A stretch of 64,000 bases of DNA from Anaeromyxobacter sp. GTDB taxonomy: Bacteria > Myxococcota > Myxococcia > Myxococcales > Anaeromyxobacteraceae. Each line of letters begins with the position of its first letter. Positions within the stretch are counted from its first letter, which is position 1. This document shows positions 54,859 through 64,000 of this stretch, piece by piece. Location of the stretch: NCBI GenBank assembly GCA_049840735.1, contig JASGJN010000025.1:97793-161792 (forward strand), given 5' to 3'. Below the pieces are notes generated by a model, which was given only the letters and a program-made list of their open reading frames with translations, did not search any database and was not told where the DNA came from. The translations under genes were made by a program, and so were the position numbers.

Positions 54859-56260
54859 ACGGCGCGAGTTTTTCTTTCAGGCAGGAGGCGGTTTCGCGAG
54901 CCTGCCGTTGTTGGATCTGATGCAGCGCGAGCAGGCTGTTGCAGTTCCGGCGAAGAGTCCCCTGGCGGTGAAGCAGCCGCACTTTGCGGCGAAGGCGAAG
55001 CGTGTCGTGTTCCTGTTTATGAATGGCGCTCCGAGCCATGTGGATACGTTTGACCCGAAGCCGGTGCTGGCGAAGTTTGATGGGACACCGTATAAGGGTC
55101 CGCTGACGGTGGGATCGAACGCGCGGCCGGTGGGTTATCTGATGAAGAGTCCGTTCGCGTTTCAGAAGCATGGGCAGAGCGGGTTGGAGATCAGCGATTT
55201 GTTTCCGCACACCGCGAAGTTCGCGGATGATCTGTGCGTGATTCGCTCCATGTACACGGACACGGCTGCGCATGCGTCAGGGTGTCTGCAGATGAACACC
55301 GGCGCGGTGTTGCTGGGCAAGCCGAGCATGGGCGCGTGGATGAGCTATGGGCTGGGAACGGAGAACGAGAACCTGCCGAGTTTTGTGGTGATGACCGATC
55401 CGCGGGGTGGGCCGATCAGCGGGGCGTCGAATTGGACATCCGGGTTCATGCCCGCGGCGTATCAGGGTACGTTGTTTCGTGCGACTGGGGCGCCGTTGCT
55501 GGATCTGTCTACGCCTGAAGGGGTGGATGTGGCAGGCCAGCGGCGGAGTCTCGATTTGCTGCAGACGCTCAATCAATCGCACTTGAAGGCACATGGCAAT
55601 GAGGATGATCTGGCGGCGCGGATTCATTCCTATGAACTGGCGTACCGAATGCAGACTGCCGCTGCATCGACGGTGGATTTGTCGAAAGAGAGCGCCGCGA
55701 CGCTGGAGATGTATGGCGTGAATCAGCCGCGCACGGCGGATTTCGGACGGAAGTGTCTCATCACGCGGCGGCTGCTGGAGAACGGGGTGCGGTTTGTGCA
55801 ACTGTATTCGGGCGGGGGCCATATTGAGGATACGTGGGATGGCCATAACGACTGCATTCACCAATCACAAGACGCATGCCGGTGAGACGGATCAGCCGAT
55901 CGCGGCGCTGATGACGGACCTAAGCGCACCGGGTTATGGAAGGATACTTTGTTGGTTTGGGGTGGGGAATTTGGCCGCACGCCGACGAGCGAAGGCGTCG
56001 GGAAGCCGGGACGCGATCACAACTGGTATGGGTTTTCGATGTGGCTGGCGGGTGGCGGTGTGAAGGGGGGCCAGACGATTGGGGCCACGGATGAGATCGG
56101 GTTTGAGGCGGTGGAGGAGCGGTGCCATGTGTCGGATTTGCATGCGACGGTGCTGCACTTGATGGGGCTGGATCATACCAAGCTGACGTACTTTTATTCA
56201 GGGTTGAATCAGCGGTTGACGGGGGTGCGGGGTGAGGTGGTGCGGAAGGTGCTGGGGTGA
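54848..56260 (+). CDS. DUF1501 protein (frameshifted)
   Basis: Tat-like [32 protein letters not shown] and DLHAT motifs. Confidence 0.92.
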
Positions 56261-56269
56261 CATGCGGCG

Positions 56270-56689
56270 TTAGGGTTTTGCTTCTGCGAGATAGAGTTCT
56301 ATCCGGTCACTTGTCCAAGTTGCGACACCGCACCCGAAGAAGTCCATGTCTTCGGTCCAAATAGGGCAATTGAAAGCTAACGCCGAGGCGAGGATGGGCC
56401 AATCCTCTTCATCGCGGTTTCGAAGCCGCAAACGCGCAACGGATTCGAAATCGCTGTACAAGCCGGGTTCCAAGAGCCAGATCAATTCTGTCAACTGATC
56501 GAGGATCCTATTGGCGCCTGATGGATCAACCCCACGCTTCAACAGCAGAGCAGGAAGATGCCTACGAGCTTCATCTAGGGCCGTCGCGGGAGTTAGGAAG
56601 CGAACCGACGACGAGTATTTACCGAGCAGCAAAAGAACTTTGGAACCGAGTGCAGCGGGGATCAAAATGTTGGCGTCAAGCACCACCAT
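56270..56689 (-). CDS. PIN-domain toxin (VapC-like)
   Basis: VVLDANIL, DEEDWPILA and IWTEDMDF motifs. Confidence 0.9.
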   Translation of the reverse strand: MVVLDANILIPAALGSKVLLLLGKYSSSVRFLTPATALDEARRHLPALLLKRGVDPSGANRILDQLTELIWLLEPGLYSDFESVARLRLRNRDEEDWPILASALAFNCPIWTEDMDFFGCGVATWTSDRIELYLAEAKP

Positions 56690-56691
56690 GA

Positions 56692-56961
56692 CTAACGGTT
56701 TTGTTTTCGGTGCTGGGCGCGCTCTCGCCGGAAGTCAGCGACAATCTCATCTTCAGAGGCTCCCGCGGCTTTCAGCAACTGCCGCATTTTCTCTCCGGCG
56801 GTACGGAAGGCTTCCACGTCCTCTTGCGTCGGGGATGGCTTTGTGGGTACGTAAACCCCGATGGTCGTTCCGTGCCGTGTAATTGCGACGGGCGTCTTCG
56901 ATTCGAGGTAGGTGGAGAGGTTTTCGCGGAACTCGCGAATGCCGATTTTTGTTGTGGTCAT
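56692..56961 (-). CDS. Phd/YefM-like antitoxin
   Basis: IGIREFRENLSTYL…VAITRHG; immediately upstream of the PIN gene. Confidence 0.88.
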   Translation of the reverse strand: MTTTKIGIREFRENLSTYLESKTPVAITRHGTTIGVYVPTKPSPTQEDVEAFRTAGEKMRQLLKAAGASEDEIVADFRRERAQHRKQNR

Positions 56962-56973
56962 TGTGCGTCCCTA

Positions 56974-56985
56974 TTGTGTACACAA
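56974..56985. promoter_or_regulatory. Palindromic operator upstream of the TA operon
   Basis: Perfect palindrome TTGTGTACACAA 12 bp upstream of the antitoxin ATG. Confidence 0.65.
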
Positions 56986-57028
56986 AGATAGCACAAGACT
57001 GATTCAGACACGTGAGTGGGAGCGCCGG

Positions 57029-57574
57029 TCAAGGCCGGGCTTGTGCGTTGGCCGTGCGTTTGGGGCCGAGGCCGAGGGCGATCAGTGAGAGAGAGTCGAG
57101 CTTGCCGTTGGCTTCCAGGTTCTGGTCCTGTTGGAAACGGCGAAGGGCGTCGGTGCTGGAGGGGTCCCATTTTCCGGACGGGTCCGCCTGCAGATAACCT
57201 TTGGATTTCAAGGCCTGCTGGATTTCGCGGTAGCGATCGGCGGAAGGTTCGTTCTGGACCGTGTAGCGCGGAGCAGCCGGGCGGGCATACTTACGGTTCT
57301 TGGTGTACGAACTTTGGGGTGCGTTGGATTTGGTTGCGGTCTTGGACTTGGTGGCTGCCACTCGCTTGCCGGCAGTGGAGCCGGCCGCCGACTTTTTGGG
57401 AGCGTTCGACACCATGGTCTTCTGTTTGGTGGGGGAAGACTTGATAGGGGCGGATTTGTGCGGAGCGTTGGAAACCGTCTTTTTCGGAGCGGCCTTCTTC
57501 GTGGCAGAGGTCTGAGCAACGAGCCCGGCCCAAGCGAATAGCAGAAGAGCGGAAAGTGCGGCTATGGATTTCAC
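57029..57574 (-). CDS. Secreted Lys-rich protein with peptidoglycan-binding domain
   Basis: Signal peptide; EIQQALKSKGY…ALRRFQQDQNL…GKLD. Confidence 0.85.
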   Translation of the reverse strand: MKSIAALSALLLFAWAGLVAQTSATKKAAPKKTVSNAPHKSAPIKSSPTKQKTMVSNAPKKSAAGSTAGKRVAATKSKTATKSNAPQSSYTKNRKYARPAAPRYTVQNEPSADRYREIQQALKSKGYLQADPSGKWDPSSTDALRRFQQDQNLEANGKLDSLSLIALGLGPKRTANAQARP

Positions 57575-57582
57575 GCGAACCT

Positions 57583-58608
57583 TTAGTATAACGCTGTTGG
57601 TCCAGGAGGGACGCACTGCTCGAGCGAGTGGATGCTGGCGATCGCTTCCCGCACCTGCGGATCGGGGTTGAGCAGGTCGTCTTTGTAGACCTCGAAGTAT
57701 CGCACGCCGTAGCTGTTGTAGGTGGCGCAGACGGATTGCTGCAAAGGACCCTGGAAGCGATTGGCGGGATCGTTGGAGTATGACCAGATAAACTGTGCGG
57801 CGGCCGGCAGCTTCTGGGTCAACGGAGCGACGTTGGCCAGGCGGTCACTACCGTTGGCGTTGGCATCGGCGGCGAAGATGGCGAAGCGGCCTTCTTGCAG
57901 CGACATCATGAATAACGCCACCTCCCCGTAAAAGGCGCCGCCGTCGTGGTCGGGGATGCAGATTTCGCCGACCGGGGCCGAGACCAGCTTGCGCAGGGTG
58001 GGGAGTGCTTTGTGCATCGCTTCAATGGAGGATTTCCAGGCGTTGAGGTAGTCGGCGCGCGAATAGCGGATGAAGTTGGGTGATTGCGACAGGACGCCGG
58101 CAACGCATCCGACGAGGCTCATTTCCGGGACGGGCACGCCAACGCTGATGTTTTGCACCGCGCCGTTGGGGTTGACCTCAGCCAGATGCGAGGCGAGCGA
58201 GACGACGAAGTCCGACCAGAGGGCGAGGAAGACAGGATCCCATGGCAGCGGCTCATTGCGGCTGATCCCGTTGGGTGCATGCACGGGGTACGTCTGGACA
58301 CCGCGTTCCAGAACCCAGGCCGGAGGCGCTGCGTAGCCGGATGCGAGGATGTGGAGCGTGAGGTGCTTTCGCGCATTGCCCGCTGTTTCGATCTGAGCAT
58401 CGAGAAGCCGCCAATCGAACCGATCGGCCTCCGGCTGCAACGCCGCCCAGGACGTCCGGATGGCCGCGCCATCGACGAGTGGTGATTCCAGAAAGGTTCC
58501 GAGCAGTTCGGTGCTGTCGCGCGGGTCCATTAAGACGAAGGCATCGCCGCGAACCGATTCTTGGGCGTTTGCGGATACAGCCAGAAAGAAGATCAGCACC
58601 AGCCGCAT
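57583..58608 (-). CDS. Secreted glycoside hydrolase-like protein
   Basis: Signal peptide; 'SWAALQPEADRFDWRLLD…PAWV…PWDPVF' resembles a clan GH-A N-terminus. Confidence 0.65.
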   Translation of the reverse strand: MRLVLIFFLAVSANAQESVRGDAFVLMDPRDSTELLGTFLESPLVDGAAIRTSWAALQPEADRFDWRLLDAQIETAGNARKHLTLHILASGYAAPPAWVLERGVQTYPVHAPNGISRNEPLPWDPVFLALWSDFVVSLASHLAEVNPNGAVQNISVGVPVPEMSLVGCVAGVLSQSPNFIRYSRADYLNAWKSSIEAMHKALPTLRKLVSAPVGEICIPDHDGGAFYGEVALFMMSLQEGRFAIFAADANANGSDRLANVAPLTQKLPAAAQFIWSYSNDPANRFQGPLQQSVCATYNSYGVRYFEVYKDDLLNPDPQVREAIASIHSLEQCVPPGPTALY

Positions 58609-58642
58609 GCGGACTTAGTATAGCTTACGTACAATAATCCAG

Positions 58643-59413
58643 ATGCGGAATCTGAAGATCCTAAATCGAGCCCTGGAGCGGCTCTGGCCTCTCCTGTTTG
58701 CCAGCATTTGTCTGGTGCTGCTTGCCTTCAATCTGCGCTGGAGGAACATCACTCCCACAGACATGGCGCTGGCCGGGTTGGCGACGCTGCCGTGGAGTTT
58801 ACGGTGGTTCAGCAGCCTGGTGCAATCGATGAAATTCGGCGGTATGGAGTTGAATTTCCGCCAGGAGATGACGAAGAAGCTGGTGGAACATGAGAAAGCT
58901 GTAGCGGCCGCTCTGACCAGCGGAATCGGTAAACCAGGCGAGAAGGCGCCGCGAAAGCCAAGGAAGAAAAGTGAAGCGGTGAGCCACGGCGTGCCGATGG
59001 CTGCGGAGGATGCGGAATTAGAGACGCGTTCGATGGAGCTGGAAGAGGATATCGACGCGGGCGATCCGAACAAAGGGCATTTCGGCGGCAAAGCGCTGGC
59101 CGCATCGCGGCGTCTGGCTGCGACGGTGAAGCCGTTCCCTGGTTCCGATGATCTTTTCCGGATTCAGGCGGCTGTCGCCTCAGTGAATGCATCGAAACCG
59201 CTGTTGGACGGGACGCCGGTGATCTTCCATCTTCATCCCACGTTCACGCCGCCGGTGCGCAAAGTGGAAGTGTCGCACGGAGCGGCGCGGCTGGAATGCG
59301 TGGCCTGGGGCGCATTCACGATCGGTGTGGAGATTGAAGGAGAGGACCTGTGTCTGGAACTGGACCTGGCCAAGGACGTTCCGGACGCGCCGGCGCTATT
59401 TGTCCAGCGCTAG
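58643..59413 (+). CDS. Membrane protein with C-terminal prokaryotic YEATS (pYEATS) domain
   Basis: Two TM helices, MKFGGME, then VIFHLHPTF…VAWGAFTIGV…LELDL. Confidence 0.8.
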   Translation: MRNLKILNRALERLWPLLFASICLVLLAFNLRWRNITPTDMALAGLATLPWSLRWFSSLVQSMKFGGMELNFRQEMTKKLVEHEKAVAAALTSGIGKPGEKAPRKPRKKSEAVSHGVPMAAEDAELETRSMELEEDIDAGDPNKGHFGGKALAASRRLAATVKPFPGSDDLFRIQAAVASVNASKPLLDGTPVIFHLHPTFTPPVRKVEVSHGAARLECVAWGAFTIGVEIEGEDLCLELDLAKDVPDAPALFVQR

Positions 59414-59439
59414 CCGGACAGCGCTAGCCGGACAGCGCT
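59405..59439 (+). repeat. 14-bp tandem repeat (2.5 copies) between convergent genes
   Basis: CAGCGCTAGCCGGA twice, then CAGCGCT. Confidence 0.8.
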
Positions 59440-59443
59440 GGCG

Positions 59444-60868
59444 CTAAATGGGCGGCATGTTGCGTTTGGACGTTTTGAGACGCACCGCCGGATCTCCGTG
59501 GAGAATATAGTTCCGGGCGTCGTCGCGGCGGATCCACTGGTTGCGGGCCTCGTCCTCCAAACCATCTTCGGTGAGCATCTTTTGCTGCGTGGCGGCTAAC
59601 GGAATGGTGAGCGCGGCCCAGCGAAAATTGAACTGATCGGTGGCGGAACCCATGCGGTTTCCGGCGATGATCCGCAGGATGACGTCGACAAAGCCTTGTT
59701 CCTGGGGACCACCGGCGTCGGTATAGCTGGAACTCCAGGCACGGTCAACGTGGCCGAGCACCGCGAGCGCACCATTCTCAGCGCCGAGCAGTTTTTGCGG
59801 CAGACGGGCCATCATGGGTGAGGGCGCGATGGCGACTTTCTTTTCGTAGTTGAACGTGTCGTGTTTCGGCCAGCCGACGCTATAGCAGGCGAAGAGGAAA
59901 TGCACCATGCCGTGGATGGCCGGTTTCCTGGGGAAGTTCAGGGAGGAGTAATATGTTTCCTCGCGCGGTGGTTCGCCCTGCCATTCCTGGCAGAGAACGG
60001 CGCCCTGGGTATCGGCAAGAAAATCGCTGTTGGGATGGCGCAGCAAGCCGTGGGAACCGCTGAAGAGAATTGCCGGAGCGCCGCCATCCACTTCACCAGT
60101 GAAGATCTTGTGGAGGTTGTCGCGTGTAGCGTTCGGCCCAAGGAACTGCTGGAGTTGAAAGCGGTCTGATTCCAGCCGTCCACCGTTCGCCATCGGAAGA
60201 ATCAGGTTGTTCAGGAGGAGCTTTGCGGCTCCGTTGTCCTTGCCGTTATAGTCCGGCGCAAAGATAGTGACCTTGCGGGCGGTGGCGACGCGGTCCAGCT
60301 TTTCGTAGGCGATGACGGAGCCGGCATAGCGTTCAAAGGCGGCGGGGGATTCGAGCCAGAGGCGGCCCACGCCCCAGTAGAGGTCCAACTCATACTGGAA
60401 GTCGAACGAGATATCTTCGGGCGAGGCGACAATCAGAACGTAGAACGGCACACCTTTGCGCGGGTCGACGACATTGAGGCTAGGCCCGCCAGGCTGAGCT
60501 CTGAGCCACTGTTGCGCCGATTGGCGAGGGGCGGGCGGCGGCAATTCCGGGCAGAGTTGTTCGTCGCCCACTTCCTCCTTACGATGCTGGATCAGGGCCT
60601 GTAACCGGTCTTTGATGGACTTGCTCACGGTGGCGCCGAACATGATGCCCCAGCCGGCTTTTTCGAGATCGGCCGCATTGAGTTCGCCGCCCACCATGCC
60701 GAAGTGGGCGTCCTGCGACGTACCCTTGGCGTCAACGATGGACTTGGGCACGGACTGAAACAGGGATGTGGTTGTGAAGCGCTCCATGGTTGCGGCGTCT
60801 ATGGGTGGGGCGAACTGCCCATCCTCCGAGACACCGAGGGGAAGTGGAGGGAGAATCGAATCCGGCAT
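59444..60868 (-). CDS. Caspase/gingipain (C25)-like cysteine peptidase
   Basis: LFSGSHG (His) and FLFACYS (Cys) dyad; [12 protein letters not shown] and [11 protein letters not shown] motifs. Confidence 0.7.
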   Translation of the reverse strand: MPDSILPPLPLGVSEDGQFAPPIDAATMERFTTTSLFQSVPKSIVDAKGTSQDAHFGMVGGELNAADLEKAGWGIMFGATVSKSIKDRLQALIQHRKEEVGDEQLCPELPPPAPRQSAQQWLRAQPGGPSLNVVDPRKGVPFYVLIVASPEDISFDFQYELDLYWGVGRLWLESPAAFERYAGSVIAYEKLDRVATARKVTIFAPDYNGKDNGAAKLLLNNLILPMANGGRLESDRFQLQQFLGPNATRDNLHKIFTGEVDGGAPAILFSGSHGLLRHPNSDFLADTQGAVLCQEWQGEPPREETYYSSLNFPRKPAIHGMVHFLFACYSVGWPKHDTFNYEKKVAIAPSPMMARLPQKLLGAENGALAVLGHVDRAWSSSYTDAGGPQEQGFVDVILRIIAGNRMGSATDQFNFRWAALTIPLAATQQKMLTEDGLEDEARNQWIRRDDARNYILHGDPAVRLKTSKRNMPPI

Positions 60869-60934
60869 GGGGTACTCCTGCGGGCGCAATTCACCCCCGC
60901 CGCCGCATTGGACGACGGCAGGGGTGAGGCGATG

Positions 60935-61342
60935 CTACTTCTTTTTCTTGGCGGGCGCTTTCTTGACAGGGGCTTTCTTGGCGGGAGCCTTCTTGGCCGG
61001 GGCTTTCTTGGCAGGAGCCTTCTTGGCGGGAGCCTTTTTCGCCGGTGCTTTCTTGGCAGGAGGAGCCTTCTTGGCAGGAGCCTTCTTGGCGGGAGCTTTC
61101 TTCGCAGGCGCTTTCTTGGCAGGGGCCTTCTTGGCGGGAGCCTTCTTCGCAGGAGCCTTCTTCGCAGGAGCCTTCTTAGCCGGAGCTTTCTTGGGCGCCT
61201 CCGGTGCAGGTGGTTCCGGCTCCGGCGCGGGAGGCGTGGGGTGGTCCGAATCTCGATTGTCGTTCGCCCGGAGGTCCGGTTCGGTCTCCAGCAGGCCCAG
61301 CGCCGGCGGCGAGTCCAGTGGTTGCACTGCGTTCAGTTGCAT
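60935..61342 (-). CDS. Histone H1-like protein with ~16 KKAPA repeats
   Basis: Degenerate 15-bp tandem repeat (~60950-61195) encoding KKAPA, with synonymous variation; acidic, Pro-rich N-terminus. Confidence 0.8.
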   Translation of the reverse strand: MQLNAVQPLDSPPALGLLETEPDLRANDNRDSDHPTPPAPEPEPPAPEAPKKAPAKKAPAKKAPAKKAPAKKAPAKKAPAKKAPAKKAPAKKAPPAKKAPAKKAPAKKAPAKKAPAKKAPAKKAPVKKAPAKKKK

Positions 61343-61388
61343 TTTGGCTATTATCCTTTTTTGCTTCGATTTTGTACTGCTCGGTTGA

Positions 61389-63533
61389 TCATTGCCCTGT
61401 AGCGGAATCCGCGCGCAGGGCGGAAAGCTGTGGATTGCGCTCTAAGAATCCGGCCGGCATGCCCGCGGTGAGGGATTTCTCCAAGGCCGCGAAGGCTTCA
61501 TCGCGCTGACGGATGACCTCCAGCGCAACAGCGGTGTTATAGAGCACCTCGGGGTAGAGTTCGGCCAGCGCGGCTGCTCGTTGCAAGAGCGGCTGGCTGC
61601 GGGCGGAATCGCCCAGGCCGGCGTAGTAGCTGCCCATGTCGGAGAGCAGGTAGACATCGCTGGGCGAAGCTTTGAGGAGCGGCTCGATGAGGCTGATCGC
61701 TTTCCTGTAGCATTCGGCGGCCTTGGATTTCTCGCCGCCCAGGGTGTAGAGACGCCCCAAGAAGCCGTAGGAGCGATCATCTTGAGGCTTGATGCTGAGG
61801 GCTTTCTCGAACATCTGCCGAGCTTCCGGGTATCGGGCTTGTTCCAGCAGAACGAGACCGACGTTGCGGCAGCGATTGAAGGTCGGCTCCATCTCAACGG
61901 CTTTGCGGAAAGCCGCCTCCGCGTCGGAGAGCCGGTCCTGCATGCGATAGGCGATGCCAAGGTCGTTCTGAGCGCGCGGGTTATCGGGCGCGAGGCTGAT
62001 GGCTTTCGAAAAATAGAGACGCAGCTTCCTTCGGTTTGCCGGTATCGGCGTAGAAATGGGCGAGCGTTTGAACGACGCCCCACTGATCGGGGGCCAACGC
62101 CACGGCGTGCTTCAAGGCGGCCTCCGCTTCTTTGTGGCGGGCCGCCTGAGAAGCAGATTCCCGCGAGCGGCGAAGACGGCGCCGCTGTGTTTGTCCAGGC
62201 GTTCGGCTTCATCCAACTCCTGCGATGCCAGGTCGTACTGGTCCGTACGTGTGTCGAGCATGGCGAGGGTGACATGAGCAGAGGCGAGATCCGGTTTCAG
62301 TTGCAGCGCCTTGAGCGAAGCGGTGCGGGCGGCTGTGAGGGTCTTGGGATCTTTTGCCTGAATGTATTGTTGGGCGTTGGCGCGCCCCAAGTCTGAATAC
62401 GCCGGGGCGAAGCTGGGATTCTTCTCAATGATGCGCTCGAGAATGGGGATGGCTGTCTGCAGCGCAGCCGGACGATAGTAGTGTTCCAGGAGGTCATGCG
62501 CCTTTTCATAGTCCTGGCGCAGCCCGTCGGCGAGTTCCATGGCCGGGCCGGAGAACAGCTTTGCGCGAAACTGCGGAACGGCGAAGGGTAGGGCCAGGAC
62601 GAGCGCCGCGGGCGCCAGCATCCACGGGCGAAAGCCGAGGGCGGGGCTGCGGGAGCGCCCACCACCTCCATCGTTTCCGTCAGGGCGGTGATCATTTGCC
62701 CGGCGGATTTGTAGCGGTGTTGCTGGTCCGGATGAGTGGCAGTCTCGATGATGCGGGCGAGCGCCACAGGAAGGTCCGGGCGCGCATCCATCAAGGTGGT
62801 CCGATCGCCGGCAGAGTGCTTCGCCGCCAGTTCCTCCATTGTGGAGCCTTGCACCGGATAGCGCCTGGTGAGGAGGTGGAAGAGCAGGATGCCCACGGCG
62901 TAGAGGTCAGAAGATACCGAAGCATGCCCGGCCTGGAAGAATTCCGGCGCCATGTAGACGGGAGTTCCGCCGATGTTCTGTTGGCCGTGATGCTCCTGCA
63001 GCGTGAGGCCAAAGTCCATGAGCGAGAATGCGGCCACCGGCCTCGCGCATCACGTTGCCCGTTTTGATATCGCGATGAAGCAAGCCTGCTGCATGTACGG
63101 CGCTCACGGCGCGGCAGACATCAATCCCGATCAGCGTGGCTTCCGTGGAGCTGAAGGGGCCGTTGGCGCTGCGAATCGCAGAGAGCGTCTTGCCGTTGAC
63201 AAAGTCGCTCCAAAAGCCGACGCGTCCATCAAAGCGATCGACGCCGTAGACGGGAACGACATTCACGTGGCGGACACGGGCGATGGCGCGAGCTTCCCGC
63301 AGCAATGTGCGCGCTTCGGCTTCGGCGTCCTCCGCCGCGAGGCAGCAGCAGCTTGAGAGCAACCTCGCGTTCGAGGGTGGTGTCGTAAGCGCGATAGACT
63401 TCACCATCAGGAACCCTGCCCGACTTTCTGGATGAGTTTGAACGGACCCCGGTTCTCCACAATCGCGTCCGCATGGACATGTGCGAGAGGCTCATTCAAG
63501 TTGCGCGGTGGTTGTGCATGTTGGCTCGTCCAC
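61389..63533 (-). CDS. Ser/Thr protein kinase with TM helix and TPR repeats (several frameshifts)
   Basis: [34 protein letters not shown] and SDLYAVG motifs; TPR tail; GAGGAG RBS before GTG 63533. Confidence 0.9.
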
Positions 63534-64000
63534 CTGATTCTCCTCAAACGACTGCCGGGTTTGGCTCGATATACCCTAACCCGCACGAACGGGAGCAACA
63601 AAAATGAGTCCATTCGCACTGCTTTGCAACTTTTGACATCATTCGGATTCAGCGGTGTGGTTTTGGTGTGCCGCGAGTGTGGAGGAAACGTTCGAATACT
63701 GCTGCAAGGGCGCCGTCAGCAGGCTTCTTTTTGATGGCGGAATGCAGCAGCGCACTGCGCTCTTGCGTGTCAGTTTGGTCCACGGGACGAAAGCGCCATG
63801 CCCGCGGCGGTGGAGGGAACAGAAGAGGCCGTCCCACGGCGAGTCCCCCTCGTGGGTGTCCTTGATCCAAGTGGCGGTGGCTCAGCGCGGCGTCTTGCCA
63901 TCCATGGAGCTTGAGAAAATCCATTGTGCTGAGGGCGAAGCGATTCAGCGTCGAAGCGGCTGGAGGTGAGTTGTTGACGCGGATTGCCGGATGCCCAGTC

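Noticed and set aside
60704..61402. Plus-strand hydrophobic (AGAFL)n membrane proteins
   Set aside because: These are antisense shadows of the KKAPA repeat gene.
63640..64000. Partial ORF at the window end
   Set aside because: No frame gives a recognisable protein; the stretch is too short and error-prone to call.

Overview
The window is not one continuous genome. It reads as at least three concatenated metagenomic pieces, with single-base frameshifts that are probably long-read errors. (1) About 1-27,910 is very GC-rich, Anaeromyxobacter/myxobacterial-like DNA. It carries a porin-pstSCAB-phoU operon, a sulfonate/nitrate-type ABC transporter, an RNA methyltransferase, a GT4 glycosyltransferase, a hybrid PAS kinase, a TPR protein, a Rieske oxygenase, a dipeptidase and an ECF sigma/anti-sigma module. 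It then holds a decayed island edge (tRNA-Gly 3' fragment, tyrosine-integrase tail, IS66, IS21 left end) followed by SPOR- and CAP-domain genes. (2) About 27,910-37,105 is an error-rich, probably planctomycete-like segment with pyk, pyrR, pyrB, two NDP-sugar epimerases, secreted proteins and a truncated hybrid kinase. (3) About 37,106-64,000 is Acidobacteria-like, with a truncated TonB-dependent receptor, a 1060-aa unknown protein, a hydroxyproline-catabolism cluster, DUF1549/1553 and DUF1501 genes, a PIN toxin-antitoxin pair, a pYEATS membrane protein, a caspase/C25-like peptidase, a PAKKA histone-like protein and a Ser/Thr kinase-TPR. The standout is a translationally coupled two-gene operon at 43,170-48,163 (-). 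It encodes a ~1,330-aa protein with two tandem SIR2-like domains, both lacking the usual catalytic His, fused to a PtuA/AAA_21-type ABC ATPase with a WD40 beta-propeller inserted inside it, followed by an HNH endonuclease. This is a candidate undescribed Septu/retron-effector-like anti-phage system. Taxonomic labels are inferences from gene content and composition, and domain calls are from motif recognition only; no searches were run.
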